Shown: positions 38,735-49,600 of the stretch, piece after piece
How the letters are laid out: each line of letters starts with the position of its first letter
Position numbering within the stretch: position 1 is the first letter of the stretch
Assembly (NCBI GenBank): GCA_017453485.1
Contig: JAFTEW010000042.1
Coordinates: 1,331 to 65,330, forward strand
Reading direction: 5' to 3'
DNA length: 64,000 nucleotides
Source of the DNA: Alphaproteobacteria bacterium
GTDB lineage: Bacteria > Pseudomonadota > Alphaproteobacteria > CAAHEQ01 > UBA3637
The notes under the pieces: generated by a model
Told to the model about the DNA's origin: nothing
The model's input: only the letters and a program-made list of their open reading frames with translations
Databases searched by the model: none
Translations under genes and position numbers: made by a program

Positions 38735-38763
38735 TTGCAAAATACAATGTTATGACCTATATG
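38735..38763 (+). promoter_or_regulatory. candidate dnaK promoter (sigma70-like; the -10 region also resembles the alphaproteobacterial sigma32 CCTATAT)
   Basis: TTGCAA, 17 nt, TATATG, with CCTATAT overlapping the -10 element. Confidence 0.35.
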
Positions 38764-38807
38764 CAGGATATCAGTTTTCAAAAACCATTAAATAAGGAGA
38801 ATAAAAC

Positions 38808-40712
38808 ATGGGAAAAATTTTAGGAATTGACTTGGGCACAACAAACTCTTGTATGTGCATTATGGACGGCAAAGATCCGAAAGTATTGGAAAATCGTGAA
38901 GGTGCCCGCACGACTCCGTCTATGGTGGCCTTTACCAACAAAGGCGAACGCCTGGTCGGCCAACCGGCAAAACGGCAAGCCGTCACTAATCCGGAAGGAA
39001 CTCTCTTTTCCATTAAACGTTTAATCGGTCGTCGTTTTAACGACAAAATGGTTGAAAAAGATAAAGGTATGGTGCCTTATCATATCGTCAGCGGCGATAA
39101 CGGCGATGCCTGGGTGGAAGTCAACGGCAAAAAATATGCCCCCAGTCAAATTTCCGCTTTTGTCCTGCAAAAAATGAAAGAAGATGCCGAAAGTTATTTA
39201 GGCGAAAAAGTGACCGAAGCCATTATCACAGTGCCGGCTTACTTTGATGACAGCCAACGTCAGGCCACAAAAGATGCCGGTAAAATCGCCGGTTTAAACG
39301 TCTTGCGTATTATTAACGAACCGACAGCGGCTGCCTTGGCCTATGGGATGGACCAGAAAAAATCCGGAACAATTGCCGTTTATGACTTAGGCGGCGGAAC
39401 ATTTGATGTATCCATTTTGGAAATTGGTGACGGCGTATTTGAAGTCAAATCTACCAACGGAGATACGTTCCTGGGCGGGGAAGATTTTGATGCTCGGGTG
39501 ATAGATTACCTGGCCGACGAATTTAAAAAAGAAAACGGCATTGACCTGCGCCAAGACCGAATGGCTCTTCAACGGTTAAAAGAAGCCGCCGAAAAAGCCA
39601 AAATTGAACTGTCCAGTGCCTCGCAAACCGACATTAACTTACCGTTTATTACGGCCGATGCCACGGGTCCGAAGCACTTGAATGTATCCTTAACACGGGC
39701 AAAACTGGAATCCCTGTGTGAAGACTTGTTGGAACGCACCAAAGGTCCGATGGAAAAAGCCTTAAAAGATGCAGGCCTCAGCAAAAATCAAATTGATGAG
39801 GTTATCTTGGTCGGCGGTATGACCCGTATGCCTAAGGTTCAGGAAATCGTTAAGGATTTCTTCGGTAAGGATCCACATAAAGGCGTAAACCCGGATGAAG
39901 TGGTGGCGACCGGTGCTGCCATTCAGGGCGGTGTTTTAAAGGGTGACGTGAAAGACGTTCTGTTGTTGGATGTCACGCCGTTGTCGTTAGGTATTGAAAC
40001 ATTGGGCGGTGTGTTCACGCGTCTGATTGATCGGAACACGACTATTCCGACCAAGAAATCTCAGGTCTTTTCAACGGCCGAAGACGGTCAAACAGCCGTA
40101 ACCATCCGCGTGTTCCAAGGTGAACGTGAGATGGCCCGCGATAACAAATTATTAGGTCAGTTCGACCTGGTCGGAATTCCGCCGGCTCCGCGCGGTATGC
40201 CGCAAATTGAGGTCAGTTTTGATATTGATGCCAACGGTATTGTGAATGTATCTGCCAAAGATAAAGCCACCGGTAAAGAACAAAATATCCGGATTCAAGC
40301 TTCCGGCGGATTGAAAGATTCCGATATTGAAAAAATGGTCAAAGATGCCGAAGCGCATGCCGAGGAAGACAAAAAAATGAAAGAAACGATTGAGGCTAAA
40401 AACCACGCCGATGCCCTAATTCATACAACGGAAAAAACGTTGAAAGAAAATGAAGGGAAAATACCGGCTGCTGATAAAGAGGCCATTGAAAGAGCCATCC
40501 AGGATCTGAAAGATGTTTTGGATAGCAACGACGGAGAAAAGATCAAAGAAAAAACAGATGCTTTGATGCAGGCATCAATGAAAATGGGTGAAGCCATGTA
40601 TAAGCAACAAGCCGATGCGGCGGGTGCGGCCGGCGCGGACCAACCGCAAGCCGAACAGCCCAAAGCCGACGACACTGTTGTTGATGCAGACTTTGAAGAA
40701 GTGAAAAAATAA
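38808..40712 (+). CDS. dnaK: molecular chaperone DnaK (Hsp70)
   Basis: 634 aa with [17 protein letters not shown] and the full Hsp70 architecture. Confidence 0.97.
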   Translation: MGKILGIDLGTTNSCMCIMDGKDPKVLENREGARTTPSMVAFTNKGERLVGQPAKRQAVTNPEGTLFSIKRLIGRRFNDKMVEKDKGMVPYHIVSGDNGDAWVEVNGKKYAPSQISAFVLQKMKEDAESYLGEKVTEAIITVPAYFDDSQRQATKDAGKIAGLNVLRIINEPTAAALAYGMDQKKSGTIAVYDLGGGTFDVSILEIGDGVFEVKSTNGDTFLGGEDFDARVIDYLADEFKKENGIDLRQDRMALQRLKEAAEKAKIELSSASQTDINLPFITADATGPKHLNVSLTRAKLESLCEDLLERTKGPMEKALKDAGLSKNQIDEVILVGGMTRMPKVQEIVKDFFGKDPHKGVNPDEVVATGAAIQGGVLKGDVKDVLLLDVTPLSLGIETLGGVFTRLIDRNTTIPTKKSQVFSTAEDGQTAVTIRVFQGEREMARDNKLLGQFDLVGIPPAPRGMPQIEVSFDIDANGIVNVSAKDKATGKEQNIRIQASGGLKDSDIEKMVKDAEAHAEEDKKMKETIEAKNHADALIHTTEKTLKENEGKIPAADKEAIERAIQDLKDVLDSNDGEKIKEKTDALMQASMKMGEAMYKQQADAAGAAGADQPQAEQPKADDTVVDADFEEVKK

Positions 40713-40722
40713 TGGCCAATCG

Positions 40723-40758
40723 GGTGGACAATTGTTGTAATTGTCCACCTGTTTTTTT
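40723..40758 (+). terminator. strong intrinsic terminator/attenuator between dnaK and dnaJ
   Basis: 11-bp perfect stem GGTGGACAATT/AATTGTCCACC with a 5-nt loop, then TGTTTTTTT. Confidence 0.65.
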
Positions 40759-40818
40759 ATAAAATCGGATAAGGGAGAATCCGACCAACAGACGGGGAGA
40801 TGAATTCGGCGGAACAGA

Positions 40819-41946
40819 TTGAGTAAAACATACTATGAAACATTGGGGGTCACCCAAACGGCCTCGTTTGAAGAAATCAAACGGGCTTTTCGTGTTAAGG
40901 CAAAAGCCTGTCATCCGGATTACCATCCCGATGATCCGGATGCTTCCGCCAAATTTAAGGAGATTAACGAGGCCTATGAAGTTTTAAAAGATGAACAAAA
41001 ACGAGCGGCCTATGATCGATACGGACATGATGCTTATGTGAACGGCATGAACGGTCAGGGTGGTTTTGGTCAAGGCTTCGGTGGCTTTGATTTTGGTGGT
41101 ACCGGATTCGAAAATATCTTTGATGAAGTCTTTAATGCTTTTGGCGGTGGCAGACGACGGGGACCGGCCGGTCCGGCCCGCGGATCGGATTTACGCTATA
41201 ATTTGGAAATTGATTTGGCCGAAGCCTATGCCGGTGTAAAGAAAAGCATTCAGGTTGAAACCTATGTCAAATGCGATACTTGCGCCGGGCGCGGCGGTAA
41301 AAATTTAGAAACCTGTGCTACCTGTGGCGGAACTGGTCATGTCCGCACACGTCAGGGTTTCTTTGTCGTTGAAACAGAATGTCCCGTCTGTCACGGAACC
41401 GGAAAAACAGTTAAAGATCCCTGTCCGGATTGTAAAGGAACCGGTCGTCTGCGCAAAAAAAGAAATTTAGAGGTCAATATCCCGGCCGGCGTTGATACCG
41501 GCGTTCGGATGCGCTTGGCCGGCGAAGGCGATGCCCCTTTAAACGGGGGAGAAACCGGTGACTTATATGTTTTTGTTTCGGTAAAAGAACATCCTATTTT
41601 TAAACGGGACGGAGCCGATTTATATTGTGAAATTCCCATTCCGATGGCAACAGCGGCCCTGGGGGGAGAAGTTTTGGTCCCCACCATGGACGGTAAGGGC
41701 GAAACAGTTAAGATCAAACCCGGTCTGCAAACCGGTTCCGATATGAAATTAAAGGGTAAAGGGATGCCGATTTTACGCACAAATTCCTTTGGTGATTTGT
41801 ATGTCATTTTCCGCGTTGAAACCCCCACCAATCTGACCCAAAAGCAAAAAGATCTATTGCGTGAATTTGCCGCCGCCGGCCAAAATAATCAATCGGCCTG
41901 TGATGACTTTTTATCCAAAATCAAAAAGATATGGAAGGAATTGTAA
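40819..41946 (+). CDS. dnaJ: molecular chaperone DnaJ
   Basis: TTG start. It has a J domain (YYETLGV...HPD), a G/F region and four CxxCxGxG zinc motifs. Confidence 0.95.
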   Translation: MSKTYYETLGVTQTASFEEIKRAFRVKAKACHPDYHPDDPDASAKFKEINEAYEVLKDEQKRAAYDRYGHDAYVNGMNGQGGFGQGFGGFDFGGTGFENIFDEVFNAFGGGRRRGPAGPARGSDLRYNLEIDLAEAYAGVKKSIQVETYVKCDTCAGRGGKNLETCATCGGTGHVRTRQGFFVVETECPVCHGTGKTVKDPCPDCKGTGRLRKKRNLEVNIPAGVDTGVRMRLAGEGDAPLNGGETGDLYVFVSVKEHPIFKRDGADLYCEIPIPMATAALGGEVLVPTMDGKGETVKIKPGLQTGSDMKLKGKGMPILRTNSFGDLYVIFRVETPTNLTQKQKDLLREFAAAGQNNQSACDDFLSKIKKIWKEL

Positions 41947-41984
41947 TCGTTTGTATCTAAAACAATCGAGATTCAAATAAAAAA

Positions 41985-42010
41985 GCCGCCTGTTCAGGCG
42001 GCTATATTGC
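41985..42010. terminator. intrinsic terminator between convergent dnaJ and the PEP-utilising gene
   Basis: GCCGCC-TGTTCA-GGCGGC hairpin flanked by an A-run and T-rich sequence. Confidence 0.55.
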
Positions 42011-42026
42011 TCCTTAAATAAAATTC

Positions 42027-42821
42027 TTATTTCTTTAACAAATAAACCTTTCCGGTATGACCATCCACACGAACTTTTTTCCCGTTTTTCAGTATTTTCA
42101 TCACATTTCTGACGGACATAACAGCCGGCAACTTCATCTCACGCGCCGTCACGGCACCGTGTGATAGCGGTCCGCCGCTTTCGGTAATTAAAGCCTTTGC
42201 ATTATAAAACAACGGTGTCCAGGCCGGATTAGTCGTCCGGGCAACCAAAATCGTATTTTTGGGGAACGCAGCAAAGTCTTCCGTTGAATGGATCAGATAG
42301 ACTTTTCCTTCGGCGATACCGGCACTACCGGCCAAACCGGTCAAGACATCCCCGTTACCGGCATTCGTTTGCGATACTTCCGCCTGTTGATTTAAATCCC
42401 AAGCCGGTATCCGTTTAGCATTTTTGCGATAATTTTTCTTTTCCGTTTCAATACTTTTCTTCAAGTCCGACCATCCTTTACCGGTTCGAACACATTTTTC
42501 TAAGGCTTCCAACCGGGCAAAGAAAATATCCATCGGATCAGAAATTATTTTCTTCCGAACCAAGTGTTCCCCCATAGCCCGGGCAGCCTTGCGAATGGGT
42601 AATGTCAGACGGGTCGTCTGATAGTGTTCCACATCATCTAACACCGTATAGGTATCAATCAAAGCCAAAAATTGATACACAAACAACTTTAAGTCTTCTG
42701 GGATAAGGGCAATAACTGATTTGACGGCCTCATATTTTTGAACCAGCAACGCTCGTTCTTTTTCAGTCGGTGCTTTCGTGTTTGGATTTTTTACAATCAA
42801 GATAATGTTATCCAATACCAC
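42027..42821 (-). CDS. PEP-utilising enzyme, C-terminal fragment (swivel phospho-histidine domain)
   Basis: 264 aa (GTG start in the ORF track). The mobile-domain motif is ILVARTTNPAWTPLF...ITESGGPLSHGAVTAREM. It is in the same frame as 42909..44546, and only a TAG at 42909..42911 separates them. Confidence 0.7.
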   Translation of the reverse strand: MVLDNIILIVKNPNTKAPTEKERALLVQKYEAVKSVIALIPEDLKLFVYQFLALIDTYTVLDDVEHYQTTRLTLPIRKAARAMGEHLVRKKIISDPMDIFFARLEALEKCVRTGKGWSDLKKSIETEKKNYRKNAKRIPAWDLNQQAEVSQTNAGNGDVLTGLAGSAGIAEGKVYLIHSTEDFAAFPKNTILVARTTNPAWTPLFYNAKALITESGGPLSHGAVTAREMKLPAVMSVRNVMKILKNGKKVRVDGHTGKVYLLKK

Positions 42822-42908
42822 ATTCGGTTGTTCAATCCACGTCGGGACATAATAATCAAAATCCGTTTCCCGATGACCGTGGTGCGCCAGAAAATCGTTA
42901 AAAGCGGC

Positions 42909-44546
42909 CTAGAATTCGGGATATTTTTTCAAGTATCCACGGGATAAAAAGGCTTTTGATGACATTGACGTTATTTTCTGATGCAATTCTTTGTCTTTTA
43001 AAATCATTTGCGCCAGGCCATACAATTCGTTATTCACCTGGGCCGTGCGCGTTTCGCTTGTCGAAATAAGGGCATCAAACAAACGATTAACCTGATCACT
43101 GTCTTTAATCAGCAATCCCAATACCCCTTTCAAGATTTTATAAAGCAATGCCTGGGTAATGGAAATTGCTATATTCGGCTTGAAATATTCGGTTCCCAAT
43201 GTCACGATTCGTTGAGCATAATCCCATGTTTCAGACAGGGAGTAATGACTGATATCCTCGGCCATCAGAGCACCAATTTGTTGCAAATAATTATCCAGAT
43301 GCCGCATCCATTGTTTGGGTAGCGTGATGGCATAATCAAACCGCTTTTGTAATTGCGGCAATTGATTTATAAGGTTTTCAAACGATTTTACATGGAACGG
43401 CGATTGCTCCATATAAAGCCAAACCGCATTTTGATTCCCATAAATATAGTTATCAAACATGGCAAACCATTTGCCGTTAAACGGTGGTAATCCCATCAAT
43501 TCAAAGGAATGTTTCAAGGATACATGGAATGCCCGCTCTACATAATCCCAGGTAAAAGGTGTCAGCACATTCGGATAACGTTCGGCCGATTCATCCCGAG
43601 TCCAATGCGGAGCAATCGTCGTAATGGGACGGGCCTGTAATAAGAACAATTTTTTCTTTTCAATCGCCCATTCAATATCCTGCGGAAAGCCGTAATATTT
43701 TTCCACATCACGATTCAGTTTGGCAATTTGTTCCACTTCTTTAACCGTCAAGCAACTTTTATCGGCCAATGCCGGCTTGATTTTTTGTTCAATTGTGCCC
43801 GTCGGAGTCGGTAAAATACAAATCTTTTTGTGTGCAATCGATGAACTTTGCGTTTTTAAATCTTTTTTGGAAACGATAAACTGATCAACTTCGGCCTCTC
43901 CGCTGACAACCGATTCACCCAATCCGTAATTGGCGTTAATCATTATTTCCCGCACATTACTGTTAATCGGATTGATTGAGAAACCAACCCCGGCTTTTTC
44001 GGCATGAACCATTTGCTGAACAACAACGGCCATTGTCACTTCATCTTGGGAAAAACCTTGTTGATGGCGATATAAAATCGCCCGATCATGCCACAGTGAA
44101 ATAAAACAATCACGAATTTTTTCAACGATTTCATCGGCTCCGTGACAATTCAAAAAAGTATCGTGCTGACCGGCAAAGGCCGCCCCGGACAAATCTTCCA
44201 TCGTGGAAGAAGACCGAACCGAAAAATACATTTCCTTCGGGAACTTTTTTAATCCTTTTTTGATTGATTTAACCACGGAATCCGGCAATTTAACAGTCTT
44301 TAACTTTTGACGAATTTGAATGGCCTGCTTTTCCAACACATCCGGACGGTTGTAATCCAGTTTCTTCAAAAGAGCGGCTAAAAATTTAGCACCCGAGATA
44401 AAAGCCTGATAAGCCTCAGCCGTTACGATAAAACCAAATGGGACGGGAAAACCGGCTTGGGTCATTTTGGATAAATTTGATCCCTTTCCGCCGGTCAGGC
44501 GAATTTCTTTGGCCAATACCTCATCAAAAAATAATATATCGTTCAT
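42909..44546 (-). CDS. PEP-utilising enzyme, N-terminal fragment (PPDK_N ATP-grasp domain), rifampicin-phosphotransferase/PpsA-like
   Basis: 545 aa. LTGGKGSNLSKMTQAGFPVPFGFIVT is typical of the pyruvate-phosphate-dikinase N-terminal nucleotide-binding domain. It ends at an in-frame TAG. Confidence 0.75.
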   Translation of the reverse strand: MNDILFFDEVLAKEIRLTGGKGSNLSKMTQAGFPVPFGFIVTAEAYQAFISGAKFLAALLKKLDYNRPDVLEKQAIQIRQKLKTVKLPDSVVKSIKKGLKKFPKEMYFSVRSSSTMEDLSGAAFAGQHDTFLNCHGADEIVEKIRDCFISLWHDRAILYRHQQGFSQDEVTMAVVVQQMVHAEKAGVGFSINPINSNVREIMINANYGLGESVVSGEAEVDQFIVSKKDLKTQSSSIAHKKICILPTPTGTIEQKIKPALADKSCLTVKEVEQIAKLNRDVEKYYGFPQDIEWAIEKKKLFLLQARPITTIAPHWTRDESAERYPNVLTPFTWDYVERAFHVSLKHSFELMGLPPFNGKWFAMFDNYIYGNQNAVWLYMEQSPFHVKSFENLINQLPQLQKRFDYAITLPKQWMRHLDNYLQQIGALMAEDISHYSLSETWDYAQRIVTLGTEYFKPNIAISITQALLYKILKGVLGLLIKDSDQVNRLFDALISTSETRTAQVNNELYGLAQMILKDKELHQKITSMSSKAFLSRGYLKKYPEF

Positions 44547-44547
44547 T

Positions 44548-45387
44548 TTAATCTCCTTTCTGATATCTGTAATGCTTCATCAAATATAGACAACCGGCGG
44601 CCAGGGCAAATCCGACCATACAGTCAACCGTATAATGATATCTTAAATAAATTGTTGAAAACCAAAGCAAAAGACAAATCGGTGCAAAAATGATAAACCA
44701 ACGCCGATGATAAAAATAATCTGCCCCCAATATCAACAGAGAAACACCGCAATGTAAACTGGGAAAAACATCAGTATAATTGGTTCCTTTCGGATATGCC
44801 CAATTCAGCAAATCCCGAAAAAACCAAGCGTCCAGCGGATCGGTAAAGGTATCTTTTAAATACAGATACGGACCATAGGCCGGCACCAGGATATATCCGA
44901 TAAAACCAATCGCATACAAGGACATTAACCCTACATAAAAACGTTGACGAACCTCTGCCCCGTCAAACAAATAAAGAGCGGAGCGCAAGAACAGTTGCAC
45001 CATAAACAGCATATAAGCCAGGCTGAGGACCTCAGTCATCAGGGGATGGGCAAACGGTTCCATAGCAACGGATAAATTTTGTCCGAAAACAATGGTATCG
45101 ATTTGATTGAGCAATGCATCCTTATGCCCTGCCGGATTGATAAGCGGAGATATATATTCCACGGCATTAAACATACCGTTCATAATCAAGATATATGCCC
45201 CCAGGCGCACAAACGGCCGGTGACAAAAAACAAGACCGACCACCAAAATCATCATGGCAACGGAAAATACACTCCATCCCGAGAGGCCAACATACCAAAA
45301 CAACAAGCCCGTTTGTAATCCCAAATAGCACAACCACAATGTTTCATGCGGTAAAATTCTATGAACAAAGTTTTTTAATAATTTCAT
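44548..45387 (-). CDS. PAP2-superfamily integral membrane enzyme, sphingomyelin-synthase/Aur1 (inositolphosphotransferase)-like
   Basis: 279 aa, ~6-7 TM segments. The C2-like motif is FPSLHCG and the C3-like motif is YHYTVDCMVGF (compare H-Y-T-x-D-V of SMS/IPC synthases). Its stop abuts the start of the next gene. Confidence 0.6.
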   Translation of the reverse strand: MKLLKNFVHRILPHETLWLCYLGLQTGLLFWYVGLSGWSVFSVAMMILVVGLVFCHRPFVRLGAYILIMNGMFNAVEYISPLINPAGHKDALLNQIDTIVFGQNLSVAMEPFAHPLMTEVLSLAYMLFMVQLFLRSALYLFDGAEVRQRFYVGLMSLYAIGFIGYILVPAYGPYLYLKDTFTDPLDAWFFRDLLNWAYPKGTNYTDVFPSLHCGVSLLILGADYFYHRRWFIIFAPICLLLWFSTIYLRYHYTVDCMVGFALAAGCLYLMKHYRYQKGD

Positions 45388-46507
45388 ATTGACTCTCTTG
45401 AAACAGTGAATACCCTTGACGATATAGCATCCAATTGATTAAGGCATATGTGTGTTTTTTAAACGCTCCATACAGGTGCAATCCCCATAAGCTGAACAAA
45501 AAGGCTCCTCCCATCCATAAAGGGGAACAAAACAATCCTACCACATACATCAAAGCACCGGCCGGATATCCGACCAATCCCCGCCATAACGAAATAGTAT
45601 TCGGGTCGTGCAATCGGGTCCGACCAGCCAAATATCCCATCAAAATCGGTATCAAATTAAAAAGAAGCGTCGGCACGACAATCGGTATCGTAATACCGAC
45701 AACCCATACAGATTGTAAAACCGATTGCGGATAGATTTTAACTCCTTTATAAGACAGCATACCAGCCGGTATTTTCTGATGATATTGCCGGACGATATCT
45801 GAAATATCCGCCCGTTCCCGTATCCGGTTCAGAGCCGTCACATAACTCATTTTTTTGGATAATGCCGCCAAAACAGCCGCCTGGTGTGCCAATTGCTGTG
45901 CTTCAACCGATGAATAAGAAAAAGTAATTTTTTCAAATTCCGACAGTGTCTGTCGCCCGATATCATCCGCTGTCATATCCGCTGAAACCGATATTTTCTG
46001 CCCGCCGATCACCCAAACAGAACCACCCAATTTTGTCGGATCATCATAAATAATCGCCATCGGCAGAATATCGGTCCGATTTCCGGCCGCCGTATTCATT
46101 TGGGCCATTTTGGCATAACCGTTATGGAAGGGCAAATGTGTCGGTCCCAAAGAACTGGTCCCCTCGGGAAAAAGGCACAAAGGCTCTTTATCCCCCCTCA
46201 GAACAGCTAAACAAGCCCGTAAAGACGACGTATTAGATTGCTCTTTGTCGGCTGTATCTTTGGCTCGCGAAACAGCAATTCCGGGGAAAAGAAAACGTAA
46301 AAAAGCATTTTTTTGCAACTGACGTGCCAGCAAAAACACGCCTTTTTTTAAAACCGAATGATATACAAAACCGTCTATGGCACCGTTGCGATGGGATAAA
46401 ATCAGCAGATTTTCCCGAATATCACGCGGTAAATTTTCGGCATAAATATGTCGAAAATAAGTCCAAACATAGAGTTTACATATAAAATTTTGTATCAATC
46501 CCCGCAT
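45359..46507 (-). CDS. PlsC-family (lysophospholipid/glycerolipid) acyltransferase with a C-terminal membrane domain
   Basis: 382 aa with the HX4D box SHRNGAIDG and FPEGTSS. The C-terminal ~120 aa are hydrophobic. It overlaps the next gene by 29 nt. Confidence 0.7.
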   Translation of the reverse strand: MRGLIQNFICKLYVWTYFRHIYAENLPRDIRENLLILSHRNGAIDGFVYHSVLKKGVFLLARQLQKNAFLRFLFPGIAVSRAKDTADKEQSNTSSLRACLAVLRGDKEPLCLFPEGTSSLGPTHLPFHNGYAKMAQMNTAAGNRTDILPMAIIYDDPTKLGGSVWVIGGQKISVSADMTADDIGRQTLSEFEKITFSYSSVEAQQLAHQAAVLAALSKKMSYVTALNRIRERADISDIVRQYHQKIPAGMLSYKGVKIYPQSVLQSVWVVGITIPIVVPTLLFNLIPILMGYLAGRTRLHDPNTISLWRGLVGYPAGALMYVVGLFCSPLWMGGAFLFSLWGLHLYGAFKKHTYALINWMLYRQGYSLFQESQYEIIKKLCS

Positions 46508-46572
46508 CTTTTACCCGTTTCAAAATCTGAGTCGGATTATAAAATATCATTTCCGGATATGCAATAAAAAAC

Positions 46573-46600
46573 TTGCATTTCATCCGTTTTTGATTATGAT
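46573..46600 (+). promoter_or_regulatory. candidate sigma70-like promoter for the LplT-Aas fusion gene
   Basis: TTGCAT, 16 nt, TATGAT. Confidence 0.4.
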
Positions 46601-46626
46601 AGTCATATTCACATAAAAAAAGGGGA

Positions 46627-49600
46627 ATGAGTATGTCTGAAAATATCTTGAAAACAAAACGTTTTTTGCCATTGTTGTTGACTCAGTTTTTTGGGGCTTT
46701 AAACGATAACCTGTTCAAAAATGCCCTGCTGATGCTGGTCACCATCCGATTGGCGGATAAGGCCGATATTCTATCCAATGTCATCGCAGCCCTATTCATC
46801 ATTCCGTTTTTTTTGTTTTCGGCAACAGCCGGTGAAGTATCCGATAAATACGACCGTGGCCGGATTGCCCGTATTCTGAAAGTCACCGAATTGATTTTGA
46901 TGACTTTCGTCGGAATTATCTACCTGACACAATATCTGCCGGGATTGATTTTGCTATTGGCCTTGATGGGGACACAATCGGCTTTTTTCGGACCGGTAAA
47001 GTATGCCTTGTTGCCACAACACCTGAAACCCAGTGAATTGGTAGCTGGTAATGCCTATGTTGAAGCTTCAACCTATATGGCGATTTTAATCGGCCTGATT
47101 GTTGGAACATTGTTGCCGATCGGCGGTGTTATTCTGTTGCTGATAACCCTAGCAATAATGGGAGTTATCTCGGCCTGGCAAATCCCTGTAGCCCCGCCTG
47201 TGCGTCCTGATGCCACTATTCATAAAAATATATTAAAATCAACGGTGACAACTCTGTCCCTGATTTATAAAAATAAAATCGTGTTTCGCAGTATATTGGG
47301 GGCTACCTGGTTTTGGATGATCGGGGCATTTGTTGTCGTTCAAATTTACCCGCTGTCGGGTAATATCTTAAATGCGGGCAATACGGTTATTACCCTCTTT
47401 TTAATCCTGTTTTCGGTCGGTGTTGCCTGCGGTTCGCTGTTGTGCGGTCATCTAATGAAGGGCATGATACACACAACCTATATCCCCATCAGCACCTTAG
47501 GGATGGGGGGGTGTTTTCTTGTCCTATATGCCTTGACAAATCAATACCCGACACCGGATGCAACCGTTGGTTTAGCCAACTTTTGGTTCATGCCACACGC
47601 CGTTGCCATTTGCCTGACATTGTTCCTGATGGCGTTCTTCGGCGGTATTTATATCGTGCCATTGAATGCCTTAATTCAGGCCAAAGCCCCCAAAGCATAT
47701 ACGGCGTCAATCATCGGCGGAAATAATATCGTTAACTCTTTCGGGATGGCCATGATTTCAATACTGGCCGTTGTTTTATTATCTGCCGGTATAACAATTC
47801 CTCAGTTGTTTTTGTTAATTGCGGTTGCCAGTGTCGGCGTTTTCTTCTATGTGTGCCGATTATTGCCGGACGCCTTATTGCGATCAATTTTACAAGGCAT
47901 ATTCGGTCTGTTCTTCCGGGTGCATTTGGATGGCATTCAAAATTTCAAAAAAGCCGGTAAACGTGTATTACTGGTTGCTAATCATACTTCCTTGTTGGAC
48001 GGGTTGCTCATCGCCGTTTTTATGCCGGAAAGAGTGACATTTGCCATCAACACGGAATGGGCCAAAAAATGGTTTATCAAGCCGTTCGGGATGTTGGTTG
48101 ATTTATATCCCCTGGATCCGACTAACCCGATGGCTATTCGGTCTTTGATTAACGAGGTAAAAGCCGATAAAAAAGTCATGATCTTCCCCGAAGGTCGGAT
48201 CAGCGTCACCGGCGGGCTAATGAAGGTTTATGAAGGTGCCGGTGTCATTGCTCAAAAAGCTAATGCAAAAATTTTACCGATTCGGATTAACGGTGCACAA
48301 TTCAGCAAATTTTCTTACCTGAAACATAAGTTAAAAACACGACTTTTCCCAAAAATCAATATGACAATTTTAAAGCCGCAGCAATTCTCCATCCCCGACG
48401 GCATTGTCGGTCGGGACGGACGGCATTATATTTCCATGCAGTTATATGATTTAATGGCTGATATGATGTATGCGACATCAAATATCAATGAACATCTGTT
48501 TCGGTCACTGTTGGAAGCCGCCGATTTACACGGTTGGAATCATAAAATCGCGGAAGATATTTCACGTAAACCGATATCCTATCGCACACTGATTCAAAAA
48601 GCCTACATTTTAGGACGTGCCTACCAAACGGATATGCCGCACGAAGACTATGTGGGATTGATGTTGCCGAACGGATTGGCCAATGTGGTCAGTTTCTTTG
48701 CCCTGCAATCTGTTGATAAAGTGCCGGTTATGCTTAATTTTTCGCAAGGTGTCTCACAAATTATTTCCTGTGTGAATACGGTTCGTTTAAAAACCGTCAT
48801 TACATCCCGTTTGTTTATTCGGGTTGCGCATTTAGAGCATTTAGAACAGGCTTTGACAACCAACGGCACACGCATTATTTACTTAGAACGATTTGCAAAA
48901 AACATTCCCTTTGCAGATAAAATTGTCGGCTATGGCAAATACCTGGCTCAAACAAAACCCATTCATTCAGCCGATCAAACAGCTACCATTCTGTTTACGT
49001 CCGGTTCGGAAGGAATGCCGAAAGCCGTCTTACTGTCACATAAAAACTTACAGGCCAATCGTTATCAAATTACCAGCGTCATGGCCTTTAATTCATCAGA
49101 TGTCTTTTTCAACGCTTTACCGATGTTTCATTCGTTCGGATTATCGGTCGGCACCGTTATTCCGATTTTATCGGGGGTTAAGGCTTTCTTTTACCCGTCA
49201 CCGCTTCATTATCGGATTGTGCCGGAATTGGTCTATGACACCAATGCCACCATTATCTGCGGAACGGATACATTTTTCTTCGGATACGGACGGATGGGAC
49301 ATCCGTATGACTTCTTTAACTTGAAATATGCCGTTGTCGGCGGAGAAAAATTAAAAGAGCAAACTGCCGATTTATGGATGAAAAAATTCGGGGTCCGTAT
49401 TTTGGAAGGCTATGGAGCTACCGAAACAGCACCGGTTTTGGCTCTGAATACGCCCATGAACATCAAAATGGGAACGGTGGGGCGTCTTTTACCCCATATT
49501 CAATACAAGTTGATGACTGTCCCCGGCGTAGAAGACGGCGGCCAACTCTGGGTTCGAGGAGACAATGTCATGCAAGGCTATATGAAAGCCGATAAACCCG

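Noticed and set aside
42909-42911. I considered whether TAG is a sense codon (pyrrolysine or genetic-code reassignment), which would explain the interrupted PEP-utilising gene.
   Set aside because: TAG clearly terminates several well-defined genes in this window. Examples are xseB at 720..722, the His/Cys-tail ORF at 953..955 and the ABC ATPase at 4707..4709. Global reassignment is therefore not supported, and no pyl genes are seen here.
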